Assembly: GCA_010093605.1 (NCBI GenBank)
Contig: MU004190.1
Span: forward strand, 124,001-188,000
DNA from: Lophium mytilinum
Lineage: Eukaryota
Length of the DNA stretch: 64,000 nucleotides
Direction of reading: 5' to 3'
Shown here: positions 24,355 to 35,718 of the stretch, piece by piece
Position numbering within the stretch: position 1 is the first letter of the stretch
How the letters are laid out: each line of letters opens with the position of its first letter
Notes under the pieces: generated by a model
The model's input: only the letters and a program-made list of their open reading frames with translations
What the model was told of the DNA's origin: nothing
The model's database searches: none
Position numbers and translations under genes: made by a program

Positions 24355-25195
24355 ATGTACAGCAGGCAGGTAGGCACCTCGCTGCTTGATGACTGGGATA
24401 GTCTCAGCCTTGCGGAGTTGAAGAGATTGTTGGCGGGTATACGCCGTGATGCGCTATCGCTGAAGGCGATGGCAGCAACCCTTGCCTTCGCGTACCGCGC
24501 AAAGCACAACGTCAATGTTGGAATGCAGCTTTTACGCGGAGAGTTGTCGGAAGAGCAGGGTGTTCAGATGAGGGTGCCCATGAGTTTCGCGGAAGTTGAA
24601 GCCAGGAAGCATGGCTGGCGTCCGGGCGAGGTAAAGAAGCTTATCCGCTATCTTCTGTTCTATGGCCTCCGAACGTCGTTCCGAACCTATACTCGGAGCT
24701 ATCACCTCTCACAATAATACTGGTACTGACATGGTTGCATAGGGCAAGGTTGGGATGGGCGGGAATGATCCGCTCCAGTCACAGCGACATACAGCAGTGC
24801 CGCCGGGAGCGCCGCCTATGCTCTCGACTCAACACCGTGGTCGGCGGATCGCTGTTGAAGACGAAGACGAGAATACGGAGGTGGGGCAGGAGCCACCGAG
24901 GGTCTTCGAGTCGGAGCACTTTCGAGGGAAAAGGCACGGGAATGAGTGGCGAGAAGCTGAAGAGGACGAGCACGAGGAGGTGGCGCGCAAGTCTGAGGAG
25001 TCAAAGATGGAGCTGCAGCGATTGCGTCAATTGCTTCTAATACAGAAGAGGGAGAGGAAGGCGAAGGATGCCGAGGAGAATAGAAGGTGGAAGCTCATGC
25101 TTGAGCTTGCATACGGCCTGCGGGACGCTGAATACGGTTTCGCGAAGGCTGATTACTGGAAGCTCAAGCTTGAGGGGAAAACCGAAGGAGAGTGA
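24355..25195 (+). CDS. Hypothetical spliced protein with charged C-terminus (5' end uncertain)
   Basis: Intron 24631-24740 (GTAAAG..ACTGAC..TAG) joins ORF 24355 in frame to ORF 24755. Additional splice-like signals at 24130-24350. Confidence 0.4.
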
Positions 25196-25227
25196 GTATT
25201 GAGATGGTTTGCTCCTTCCAAAACGAT

Positions 25228-25400
25228 TTGCCCGCCGCTCCCAAGGCGGATTGTTCACTCATTTAGGTGTTTCCTACCCGCTCTCAAGGTGATTGCTCAT
25301 CCACCCGGGTGATTATTGCCCGCTCCTATGGCGGATTGCTCACCAATGTTGGTGATTCTTGCATTTTGCCCGCCCCCTTTGGTGGTTTTCTCGCCTTATG
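25228..25400. repeat. Degenerate ~42-bp tandem repeat (3-4 units)
   Basis: Recurrent CCCGCTC....GGCGGATTG(C/T)TCAC......GGTGATT. Confidence 0.6.
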
Positions 25401-25876
25401 GCGATGGGTATGAAACAATTCTTTTGCTTCAACGTTTCTCTCCGTGATTACTGCAATCATCTTCCCGTCTTCCCTTCAATCTTCCACATATCCCTCCCTC
25501 CGCCCGGCGAAGCAATCACTCAGAGCCCTCCATCGGTGACCGGGGCCCCATAATAGGCTAAACCATCGAGTGTAAGGTGTCGTAATGAAGAGAAGTGTAC
25601 TGAATATGAGTTGTCACCCAAAACGGGATCAAATCGAAGGCGATGCTCATCACGGCAACGTTACTGGCCGTACTGCATTGCTGCGTAAACTCGTAAGGTA
25701 AAGAGGCGAAGAGGAGACGTTGAAGTATGTCTCAAACACGGGAAGCCGATTTATCCATTCTTTCTGCCGAAAATTGAGGGAGATTAAGGAATGTTACTTG
25801 CCGCCAACGGCTCCATACGGAAAAAAAGTCTGCTAACAGTCCCAAACTCCACATATACCGAAACCACTCAACGCCA

Positions 25877-26896
25877 TTACCTCACCCACCTTTCCTTCCT
25901 CATCACCTCCCCCGTCCACCCATCCAACCTCTCCGCAAGCTCCCCATCCTTCGCCGCACTACTCTGCCACTTCGGCTCCCCAAACCGCCCAAAAATCTCA
26001 AAATACTCCCCGCACTGCTCCGCCTTCATATCCGCACTCGCGGCACAGAACAAACTAGTCCACGCCCCCTTATCAGCCGGTATCATCAACCTCAACTTGC
26101 GCGCGACGGAAAGAACGCTCCCAATCCCCCACCCCGACCCCACCGACGCCGCGAGGTTCGTCTCCACCATCCCCGGATGCACCGACGAAACCCAGATCTC
26201 GCCGTCCCCGTTGCGCGCACTGGGCGAGCCGGGGCCGTACGTCGTGTGCAGGGTCCTAGTGTGCAGAATGTTCGCAAGCTTGCTCTGGCCGTAGCGCGGC
26301 CACGGGCCGCTGTCCTTGAGCGACGGGTCCGCGAAGTTGATGCCGCCTTTGGGTGCGCTCAGGTGGCCTGAGGAGGAGAGGTTGACGATGCGCACGCTGC
26401 CGGGTGGGAGGGGTTTGGCAGTCCGCAGCATTAGAGGGAGCAGGCGCTCGGTTAGGACCCAGTGTGCGAGGTAGTTGGTTTGCCATTGGGCCTCGTGGCC
26501 GTCTTTGGTTATTTCGAAGGGGGTTGCCATGATGCCGGCGTTGTTGACTAGGCCGTGTAGGGTTGTTTCGAGGCTGAGGTAGTGATTGGTGGCGGCGACG
26601 ACGCTGGTGAGGTCCATGAGGTTCATTTGGAGGAGGGAGATGTTGGCGGTGGGGTATGCTTTTTTGATGTTGGCGATGGCTGCTGTGGCTTTCTCTGCGG
26701 AGCGGGCGCACATGTAGACGTGGGCGCCGTGTTCTGCTAGGTGGGCAACGGTGTAGTAGCCTCTGTGGTTTGATCAGATCAGCGATTTGGATTTCGTGGT
26801 GAGAGGGAGAGGGGACACTTACATGCCGGAATTCCCACCTGTGACTATGAATACCTTGCCCTTGAGATCGGGGAGAGTGTCGGGATGGAAAGTCAT
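25877..26896 (-). CDS. Short-chain dehydrogenase/reductase (retinol-DH/WWOX-like), 2 exons
   Basis: Intron 26763-26822 restores TGGNSGIG; NNAGIM, NLSS, YGQSK and VHPG.V.T motifs present. Confidence 0.92.
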
Positions 26897-27080
26897 ACTC
26901 AAAACGAGTACGTGAGTCAATGTGTGAAGGTAGAAATACCGAGAAGCAGGAATTAAAGGTCTTTGATTAAGTTGTGGGGCTTCAATGATACGAAAATATA
27001 GTTCAATAGGAGGTGGGCTAAGGTCTTTATACGGTATTGACCAATGTCGGAGATAGCCGTTAATCCGGGCATTTGATATC

Positions 27081-27564
27081 GTGAGCAAGCTGCATAACCC
27101 TAAGACCAATCACGTCTCCTTCAACTTGGACATTCTGTAAAGATGGACGAATAGGAGAAGGCGAGTGAGCCAGCTGCATGAAGCATGGGGCTGAGTGTCG
27201 CGTCTCTATCTCCTATTCAACTTAGCTATTCTACCCTTGCATGGGCGATCCCTTCGCAAGTCAGCTGCAACGGCTGGAGCCACTTTTGATCCAACCAAGC
27301 CTCGTTTTCTGAGCCAACAGGAGGCCGTCGTCCCTAGGGCAGCAGCTTTCAAGAGTGCACGAATTGAAGACTCCCAAAGGGGCATACGCTGGAGTTAGCG
27401 ATCCTAGTCCGCAATGTGAGCAGGCTGCATGATGCTAGACCTGCTCGAGTTAAACACTAGAAGAGTGACCAATGAAACCGTGCCGTTCCACTTCAAAAGA
27501 ACCCCTGCCTGGATTAGTCGGCGTATATTCCTCCGTTCCCGAGTATTGTGAGCAGGCTGCATAA
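27081..27564 (+). promoter_or_regulatory. Four copies of the 17-bp motif GTGAGCNNGCTGCATRA in the divergent SDR/TF promoter
   Basis: Copies at 27081-27097, 27165-27181, 27416-27432 and 27548-27564, all in the same orientation. Confidence 0.75.
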
Positions 27565-27658
27565 ACCGCCTTGGCCGGCCGGACGAAACTTGCCCTCATT
27601 CATCACCAAAATTATCACCAAATTCATCATCACCGCACTTCCAACGTCCGCTAGCATC

Positions 27659-28888
27659 ATGATTAGTACGTATCAGCCTGTAAATGCAACAGCACCACGC
27701 ATCCAACTCGCGTCGATGCCACAATTGGCCGAGGTACGTACCAGGCCGCCTTCAGCCTTGAAGACGACACGACTTGCTCACCGCATGCAGGCGATGAGAA
27801 AAGAAGACGACTGGACTGGGACCAAGGATGCTGCAGCACGTAGACGAGCACAAACTAGGCTTAACACAAGAGCGTACCGTAAGTAAGGCCTTCTTTTCTC
27901 CTTTACTAAAGTACCCTTTTCTCTTGTACTAAAGTGCTCTTTTCGCTTTCTACTAAAGAGCTCTTTTTACTACCTACTAAAGAGCTCTTTTTACTTTCTA
28001 CTAAAGAGCTTTTTTCGCTGTCTAATAAAGAGCTCTTTTCTCCTTTACTAAAGAGCTCTTTTCTCTAAAATCTTCTCTTAATTAGGAGTTAGGACTACTC
28101 TGATTAAGTGGTACCAAACTACCCAGACTAATAGTGCGGCAGGGAAACGCAAAGCCCCAGCAAAGAAAGTCGAAGCGTTGAGTACTGCAACCGGGACACT
28201 GATCAAATCAGAAGTGCTAGTGGAATGCTGGGACGTTGAGCAGCAAACCGTTTCTAGGATCCCAGCATCCTTTATCAACCAACTATATAATGCGAGAAAT
28301 GCATTATTACCAAACAAACCCAGAAAAGAGCAGTTCAACATTGTCTTCCCCCTCAGCTCAGACCACCTCATCACACTTCTCCAATACAACGCCCTTCGCG
28401 CCCTAGCCGTCAACCGTACTCTCATCTCGGGCATCCTCGTCACGCCGCTCGACTGTGATCAGGAAATTATCCACGTCATCCCCTACCCTACCAAACCCGA
28501 ACTACTGCCGTCAGCACTGCTACCCACTCCCCTTCAGCAAACGGTGCCGCACGGCGACTGGATCGACATGTTCCCCTACCCCGAGGGACGCGACCGCCTG
28601 ATCCGGGCCGCTGGTACCTTCGACGAGGACGAGCTGTGGGCCGACTGCATCGGCGGCCTGTACGAGGGCTTTCCCGACGACGAGGTCGAGCGGCGCGGCA
28701 TGATTGCGTGGTCGCCGCCCTGGGACATCTCGGGTTGGGAGATGTCGGAAGGCTTTCTGAGGAAATGGGGCTGGTTGTTTGAAGGGTTGCCGGCGGCGTT
28801 GGAGGCGACGAATCGGTGGCGGGTCGAGAGAGGCGAGGAGCCTTTCGTTCAAGATGAATGCATGGGCATGTCACGTGCAGCGGTCTGA
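27659..28888 (+). CDS. bZIP-like / DUF3425 transcription factor
   Basis: EDDWTG..D...RRRAQTRLNTRAYR|RKRK basic region across intron 27879-28142 (probable extra in-frame intron 27734-27790). C-terminal DHLITLLQYN..RA, LP.AL.PT.LQQTVPH..WID.FP.P..RD.LI, PWD..GWE.SEGF..KWGWL..G....ATNRWR..RGE.P. Confidence 0.88.
27891..28066. repeat. Intronic minisatellite, about 7 x 23-24 bp, with palindromic core AAAGAGCTCTTT
   Basis: Units of the form TACTAAAGAGCTCTTTT(C/T).... lie inside the 264-nt intron of the bZIP gene. Confidence 0.9.
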
Positions 28889-29715
28889 CATTGGTGTTGT
28901 CCGGCTACTCCTTCGTCATAGGCTAAGCTAGAAGTTCAAGCCATTGGACAGTATTATAACACCGAGATGCGAAACTCTGTTGAGCTCAAAAACGGGTTTG
29001 ACAATCGACAATTATATCGGGTCGAGACCGTGGTCGTGGCAGAACCGGAGGTGGAGGGCCAAGTATAACCGGACTTGGAGCCGCTGTATTGGGTCGCCTT
29101 AGATATGATGGATGACTTGGAATGAGTAGGGTTTAGGGTGGCTCTGTATTGGAGATGGGTTGTAGTGGAGTTTGACGATCACAGAACCGGGTCACGCCTT
29201 AAGAAGCTAGATGTGCTTAATGTCGGGAAGATGACCGAGAGTTCATGGCTCACCAACTTCAGCGACGGAAAAAGATACTTGGCAAAGCCACCTGTGCCTC
29301 TCGGCCGAAGGAATAGGTTTTAAGGGAGCCTTGGGAGTGGAAGGGGGACTGCCCTAATAATCAAGCCGTGCAGATGCAAGCTGGGATGTTACCGCGATAA
29401 TTTACAAGACCGCTACACAAAAATGCGCCCCCTCAGCCTTGCAGGAAGGCTGAACCCCGCTTTGCACTTTTTGCCTGGGTGTAAGATGACTCTTTCTTTT
29501 ACTCTTCAATGACTCTCGCCATGATCGTCGTCGGTGTGCAGTTATTCTACATCACCTCTATCGGCCGCTTTTACTTTCTCGCAGCGGCGACCAGTTCAGC
29601 CTTCCGACATCAGTCTCAAGTCGACGTTTACGTAATCTGAAAAGACGCAGACAGCTTTTTACGACACAGAGCGCTTTTCCGTATAGCCTCCCTTATCTCC
29701 GTTTCTGTACCAAGG

Positions 29716-31724
29716 ATGCGTCTACTCCATACATCCACTTTTGAGGTTAAAAGCTTCTTCGACCAAAACCTCCCCCCATACGCCATTCTGTCACACACCT
29801 GGGGAAATGAGGAAGTTACGCTTCGAGAACTGCAGCAAGAAACGACTGCAAGGTCGCTCCGATCTTTGAAGACACGCATTGTCCGTGAAGAAACCTTTGA
29901 GAGCATCGAATCAACGAAGAAGGGTTTTGTGAAGCTTGTGGGTTGCGCTTTGCAAGCTGAAAGGAATGGTTTCAGCTATATCTGGTGCGATGACTGCCTG
30001 GGAACGAAGGAGATGACCTAATAATGACTTCCCGTAGGTGCGATACCTGTTGTATCGACAAAACGAACAGCACTGAGCTGTCTGAAGCTATCAACTCCAT
30101 GTTCTATTGGTACAAGAACCAGCTCTGCTACGCCTACCTAGATGATGTTCCACATTCTCCCGGTGGAGTTTCATTGGAAGAAGACTCCGCGTTCGCAAGG
30201 AGTCGATGGTTCACGAGAGGCTGGACATTGCAAGAGCTTATTGCTCCTAGATCTGTGATATTTTTCGATGCGAGATGGCACCCAATGGGTAGTAGGTCAC
30301 AGTTTAGCGATTTCATATCAGACAAGACCGGGATTGATAGGTCAGTTCTCAATGGCCAAGATCCTGCGCTGTCCAGCATTGCCAAAAGGATGTCCTGGGC
30401 TTCTCGGCGACAGACAACGAGAATTGAAGATATGGCGTACTCCTTAATCGGACTGTTTGGAGTTAACATGCCACTGCTGTATGGGGAAAGGGAAAAGGCC
30501 TTCCTTCGACTACAAGAAGAGATCATGAAGGCGATCGAGGATCATTCATTGTTTGCTTGGAAGACACCAGCGCTTGGGTTCCTTGAAACAGGCAGTCTTC
30601 TTTATAGCGGCTTACTAGCGACCTCACCAGCGGACTTTGCAGAGTCTCGCAACATCCTCCCATTCCAACAGGAGATGGGCGACGGGATGGACGTCTCTCA
30701 GCCTCCATACTCAATGACCAATAAGGGTATAAGCATATCTTTGCCTATTCTACCATTAGCGCAGACATACAACAGGAATGGCATATCATATCCGATGTTC
30801 TTTGCCACTCTCGACTGTCACGACTCGACTGACACTAGAGGACCACTTGGGATATATCTAGGTGGTCATCAAGGATACTACCACAGATGTCACACTTACA
30901 GGCTCATTCCCGCGGGCACCCTCAACAAAGAAGCCTTAGGCGGGGTCCAGACTAGGAACATTTACGTCGAGCAACGCCGCACGACTATTAGCACGAAGAG
31001 CAGCGCATTGTATCATTTCTACATACCGGAAATACCTCAGGGCCTGCAGCAACACAATATCGTGACAAAGATGTTTGTGAATAGCCAAATTGCTTCCTGG
31101 GATCCCGAAAGCAGTGTGCTTTTCTGTTCAAGGGGCTTGGGGTGTGCAGTGTTCGTCGGGAATCATGAGGGTCGCGGCCGAGTCCTGCTAATTGGAATCG
31201 ACCCAGGATTGCGTGCTCGATGCGTCTTCGACCACGCGAATGAGACAATTAAAGTTATATACAAGTCGAAGAAAGGTGACGAGCTACGACCTGTCTGGTC
31301 GTTCTTTGACAACGAGCTCAAACTGGCTCCGGCACTTCTAGCGTACCGATTCGGATATACTGGGCTGGATGATTTTAATACGGGCCCAGAGGAGCACCTT
31401 TCATGGTTTTACAACAAATATTTCAAGAACACAGCTAGTTTAACCAGAGCCGAATTGGAGAGAAACAGAACGCGCTGGGACTCGTTGGAATATTCTGGTG
31501 ATGGGATGTCAACGAGTCTTGCGTTAGGGAATGCGCATGGTAAAGAGAGCCGGACTTCAAAATTCTATAATTCGAAAAGGAAAGAGCTCCAAGATCGAGC
31601 TGACTTGAGTATTAAGGTGGTGATTGGGGAGGAGTTAGTCAACGGTCGAATGATGTTCTCCGTTCGCTTCAACGTGGGCGAGAAGCAAGACGAGGAGCAA
31701 GAAAGGGTAGCGGAAGCTGCTTGA
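29716..31724 (+). CDS. HET-domain protein (HET-E N-terminal type), 2 exons, no NACHT
   Basis: MRLLH..PPYAILSHTWG. Intron 29985-30037 restores YIWCDTCCIDK..S.ELSEAINSMF.WY; also SRWFTRGWTLQELIAP, RMSWA..RQTTR.ED.AYSL.GLFGVNMPLLYGE..KAF.RLQEEI and GLLA.SP.DF. Confidence 0.92.
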
Positions 31725-31913
31725 GGCGGGAGACTGGGCGCGCGGAGAGGGTCTGGACGATGAAAATGGTGCGTCTCTCTAGGAGCCTGTTGTCACGTGC
31801 CTTCCACCTGCGCCTTACGTAATCTTCCTTTCTCTCGACTATAAACCGTCGCTCTTCTCCTACTTCCCGGATCTTTCAAGGGATCACCAAAGAACGCAAG
31901 GAAATGGAGAGGA

Positions 31914-32052
31914 GGAGATCAGGCCTAGATCTGACACCACTGCTGAGTGCATGTCGTTTCTGGAGATCAACTACAGGACTGACCCCGCTGTGTAAAGCGG
32001 ATGCCGTTTCTGGGGTATCAAATATGGATCTGACACCGCTGCTTAGTGGATG
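31914..32052. repeat. Diverged ~49-bp tandem repeat, about 3 units
   Basis: GGAGATCA...GATCTGACACC(A/G)CTGCT.AGTG.ATG(T/C)CGTTTCT units start at 31914, 31962 and 32012. Confidence 0.7.
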
Positions 32053-32669
32053 GCAACATCAAAATGGAGACGAATTCGGGCTCTCTTTCAAAGGGGATTT
32101 TTGAGGACGATGGGAGGAGGAGAGATCACATGGAAGAAGAAGATGGTGATGGTGGAAGTGGCGTGGTAAGGGTTTGTGGGAAGTGCTGATGATGTTCAAT
32201 GTTTCGCGAAGGTGGTGTTGGGAGCTTGAGAGACTGGCGATGGGGCCGATTAATCAGGTCTACTTACAAAGATGGAGGGAGGAACGGGATGGTGGTGAGC
32301 AGCACTAGTAGCATGGTGGCAAGCTCGCCTCTGTTTTAATCCCTCCAGGACATAACACTCTATCCAAGGTGTCAATCCCTAGTGCCGTGTTCTTGATGAC
32401 TTCTTTCTTACGGGATATCACGCGATGTAAGGCTTAAAATGCTAAAATGACACGTCAGAATTATCAATAGCATACAGTGCTAGCATGTCACATCCAGGTG
32501 CCCTCAACATAGCCCTTAGACAGAAACCAGCCTCAAAACTCAATATAATCTAACAGAAATATGCAGATATCAAAGACTCAGCACTTTACATTAGATATTT
32601 ACGCAGTCCAATACACAAACAAACCCTAACCCACCGAAAGCTCGCACATCAGAGATAATCAGGCTGACT

Positions 32670-35600
32670 CTACAACATAGCCACAGCGGCACCAAAAGCA
32701 CCCACAACAACCGCAACATCCCTTGCCACCTTCCCCGCACCACCGGTATACAGCGCCGGCGAGGCGGTTGTGTAACTCGCGCTGGGCTTCGAGACAGCGG
32801 CGCCAGTGCCGTAGCCAGTGCCGTACGCATAACCTGAAAAGGACGCTTCCACCGTGTTCGAGTAGTATGGCACAGGCGTGACCGCCACTGCTACGACTGA
32901 AGTCACACCGCTGGGATAAGGGCTGTACGCCGCCGCTGAAACCTCTGTATATGCCTCTCCGGTTGGAACAGGGGTGTATTCACACGGTACCACGGTGGTA
33001 TAGGCAGCGTAGATCTCGGTGGTCTTGGAGCCGTATGCGCAGTTCGTCACCAGCGGCGCGCACGTCGAGATCGTGTACGTAGTCGTTGAATAGACAGTCG
33101 ACACGGTGGAAACGGGATAAGCCGTTGTGTGGGCGATGACTTCGGTGGTTTTGGAGCCGTATGGACAGTTGGTGACGTAGGCTGCGCACTTGGAGATGGT
33201 GTAGGTTGTTGTGTAATATACTGTCTTGGTGGTGTAAGGGTACTTCTTCTCCACAGCGGTGGTATAGGTAGCCGGAGTAGGCTTGACGGGACAGTATGTG
33301 GTATACAAGCTTATGGTCTCGGTGGTTACTGATCCGTACGGGCAGTTCGTTACCGTTGGCGCGCACTTTGAAATCGGGTAGGTTTTCGTTGTGTATACTG
33401 TTGAGTAGGCGTATTCGACGGATGAGGGATATACAGGGGCGGCGGTGGTCGATACGCTCAGGGTCGGGTACTTAGTCAGAGCCGAGGAGTATGGTACTGC
33501 AGTAGAGCATGGTGTTCCGGAGGCGTATGGCACCCCCGAGGAGTATGGCACCCAAGAAGAGTATGGTACTACAGACGAGTACGGTACTCCAGTAGAGTAC
33601 GATACTCCAGTAGAGTATACAGTCCCTGAGGAGGAAGTGGCAATAGAAGAGGAGTTCCAGTATCCAGTTGTAGACGAGGAGGAAGGACTTCCGGAAACCG
33701 ATGTCGACAAAGACACACCCGTGCCCGAGCTGAAGCTGAAGCTTAAGCTTGAGCTGGAGCTTGAAGAAGTGATCGAGCCTAGAAGGTGGCCATACAAATA
33801 AGCATTTGTTCAAACGGCTACAAGAGACTAGATCTGTGTACGCTCGCCTGCTAAAGTCTGAAAGACTATACAACGCCTTCCAGCGTGTCAAAGCGATTGA
33901 CATCCAAAAATTTATAATGCTTTGGAGCATCTCGAACAGTGGCAAAAAAGAATACGTAGGAATGAATTCATCACACTACAAGTTCAAACGGAATTGTACT
34001 TACTCGAGGATGTCGTGGTGGAGGAGCTCGAGGAGCTAGCAACGGAAGAGCTGGAGGAGCTGGCGCTGGAGCTAGAGGTAGAGCTGGAGCTGGCCGTTGA
34101 GCTGGCTGTTGTGCTGGTACCGGAAGTGGCGCTGGAGCTGGAACTGGAGCTCGCGGACGATGACAAAGAAGCAGAAGAAGAAGACGACGTGGTCGTGGAG
34201 ATCGACAAGGAAGAAGTCGAAGAAGTCGGACTGCTCGAGGTAGTGGATGATGAAGTGGACGAGCTCGATGTCGATGCAGCGCAAGCACCGGTAACAGATG
34301 GAACCGCGTCGGGGCCCTTTTCAATAGCAACTAGCTCTGATCCACAGTCGTCCGTGTTGGCCAGAAGGAGGTTTTGATTATCTTGGTCATAGACAACATA
34401 TGCGCCTCGGAGGAATGAGTCGCCCAAAACGGGCGCATCATCTTCAGGAAGAAGACCAATGACGCAAAGAGTAGGATTTATAAACCAAATAAACTCATGG
34501 TAGGGGATATTGATGATCGTAGCTCCAAAGGTGAAGTCAACGGTGCCAGGTAGATCAGCGACAGAGCAGTCAACGATATAGAGCCCACTCCCTCCAGTGT
34601 CGAGGGTCGCGCCTGGGAAATCCGCCGCGACGGCATTGTAAATTGGTGTTGGAAGGCGGCTTAGAGTTCCCCCGCTGTCAAGGAAGACGGGGGTGGAGGA
34701 AGCAGGATAAGTCTTTGGGCTATCCCCTGGCTTGGTAATTCCTACCGCATCCATATTGATCCAGTAACTACATAGATGTCAGTAACAGCTTGCAATACTG
34801 TGATAAGTTTGGCAACAGACCGGTCGAAGTCATCAGGAGCGTCTTCAGCTGGAATGATTGGACATTTTTCCAAAGAACCTTTGTATTTCTTCGTATCAAT
34901 GCCACCAAATATGATGGCACCTAAAAATATTTAGTATAGATTGCCTGAGACGTCAAGCTATGTCTTACCGGCTGGAGCATTCACGGATCTCAGATCAAGA
35001 CTGAACGCGCGGCTGTTGGTGATGCCTTGATCAGCGAGCTGATCGATGATAGTCGGGTAGCCTGTCAGTTCGATTCCCGGTCCAACGCCCATCAACCCAG
35101 TAGGCATATCTGTAGAGTCACTTGCGACTGCAAATTGCTGAGCAATAACGGTAGCTCCTAGTTTAATGCGTCAATATCGCGGAACCCGAAGAGAATATAA
35201 AGAAGCAAGTGCCGCTTACCCCCGAGCAGGAAGTTGTCCGTATAGTACTCAACATCTGCAGATCCCTTCCCATATGATAGAGTGGTTGATTCGCCAGTGT
35301 CCTCTGCTGTTGAAGAAAGGTCTACTGTATATACAGGGTAAGAGTTGCAGAGATCGATACTGCTTTGCGGCCCTGCAGTAGAGCAATCGGGATCGACCCA
35401 TGTGTCGGATGAACCGGTATCAATTGAAACAGATACTGGTTGCGGCGGGGTTCCAATGGAGACTGTATAGTTAGTTATACCCTCTAGGGGCCACCCAAGA
35501 ACCACGTACTTACAAGTGACAACATATCGGGTACCGGTCTGAACATTTGCTAACGCAACAGCATCTTGTCTCTTGTGTTTACTAGGCAGCAGCTGAGTAG

Positions 35601-35718
35601 TATTCACTGCAGCGACAGAAAGCGCCAAGATACCGGAGCCCCGTTTGGTATTTGGGAGCGCTGAAGCAGAAGATAAGGGTGCCAAAGAAAGGCACAGAGT
35701 CAAAAGAGTGGACAGCAT
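32670..35718 (-). CDS. Secreted GPI-anchored aspartic protease (yapsin-like, A1) with long Ser/Thr stalk and Cys-containing repeats
   Basis: Signal peptide, IGTPPQ, DTGSSDTWV, LDSG, LGDSFLRGAYVVYD. Intron 33779-34003 joins the protease in frame to ORF 32670-33797, which has three TY.IS.CA..VTNC.YG repeats and a hydrophobic GPI-type tail. Confidence 0.88.

Noticed and set aside
27891..28066. Palindromic repeats with variable linkers resembling a CRISPR array
   Set aside because: Linkers are only ~8 bp and related to each other, the array is inside a fungal intron, and there are no cas genes.
18975..28888. TF + MFS + SDR + TF as a secondary metabolite cluster
   Set aside because: No PKS, NRPS or terpene backbone gene in the window; better explained as separate small regulator-target pairs.
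33445..34377. Plus-strand Glu/Leu-rich ORFs
   Set aside because: Antisense shadows of the Ser-rich protease stalk.
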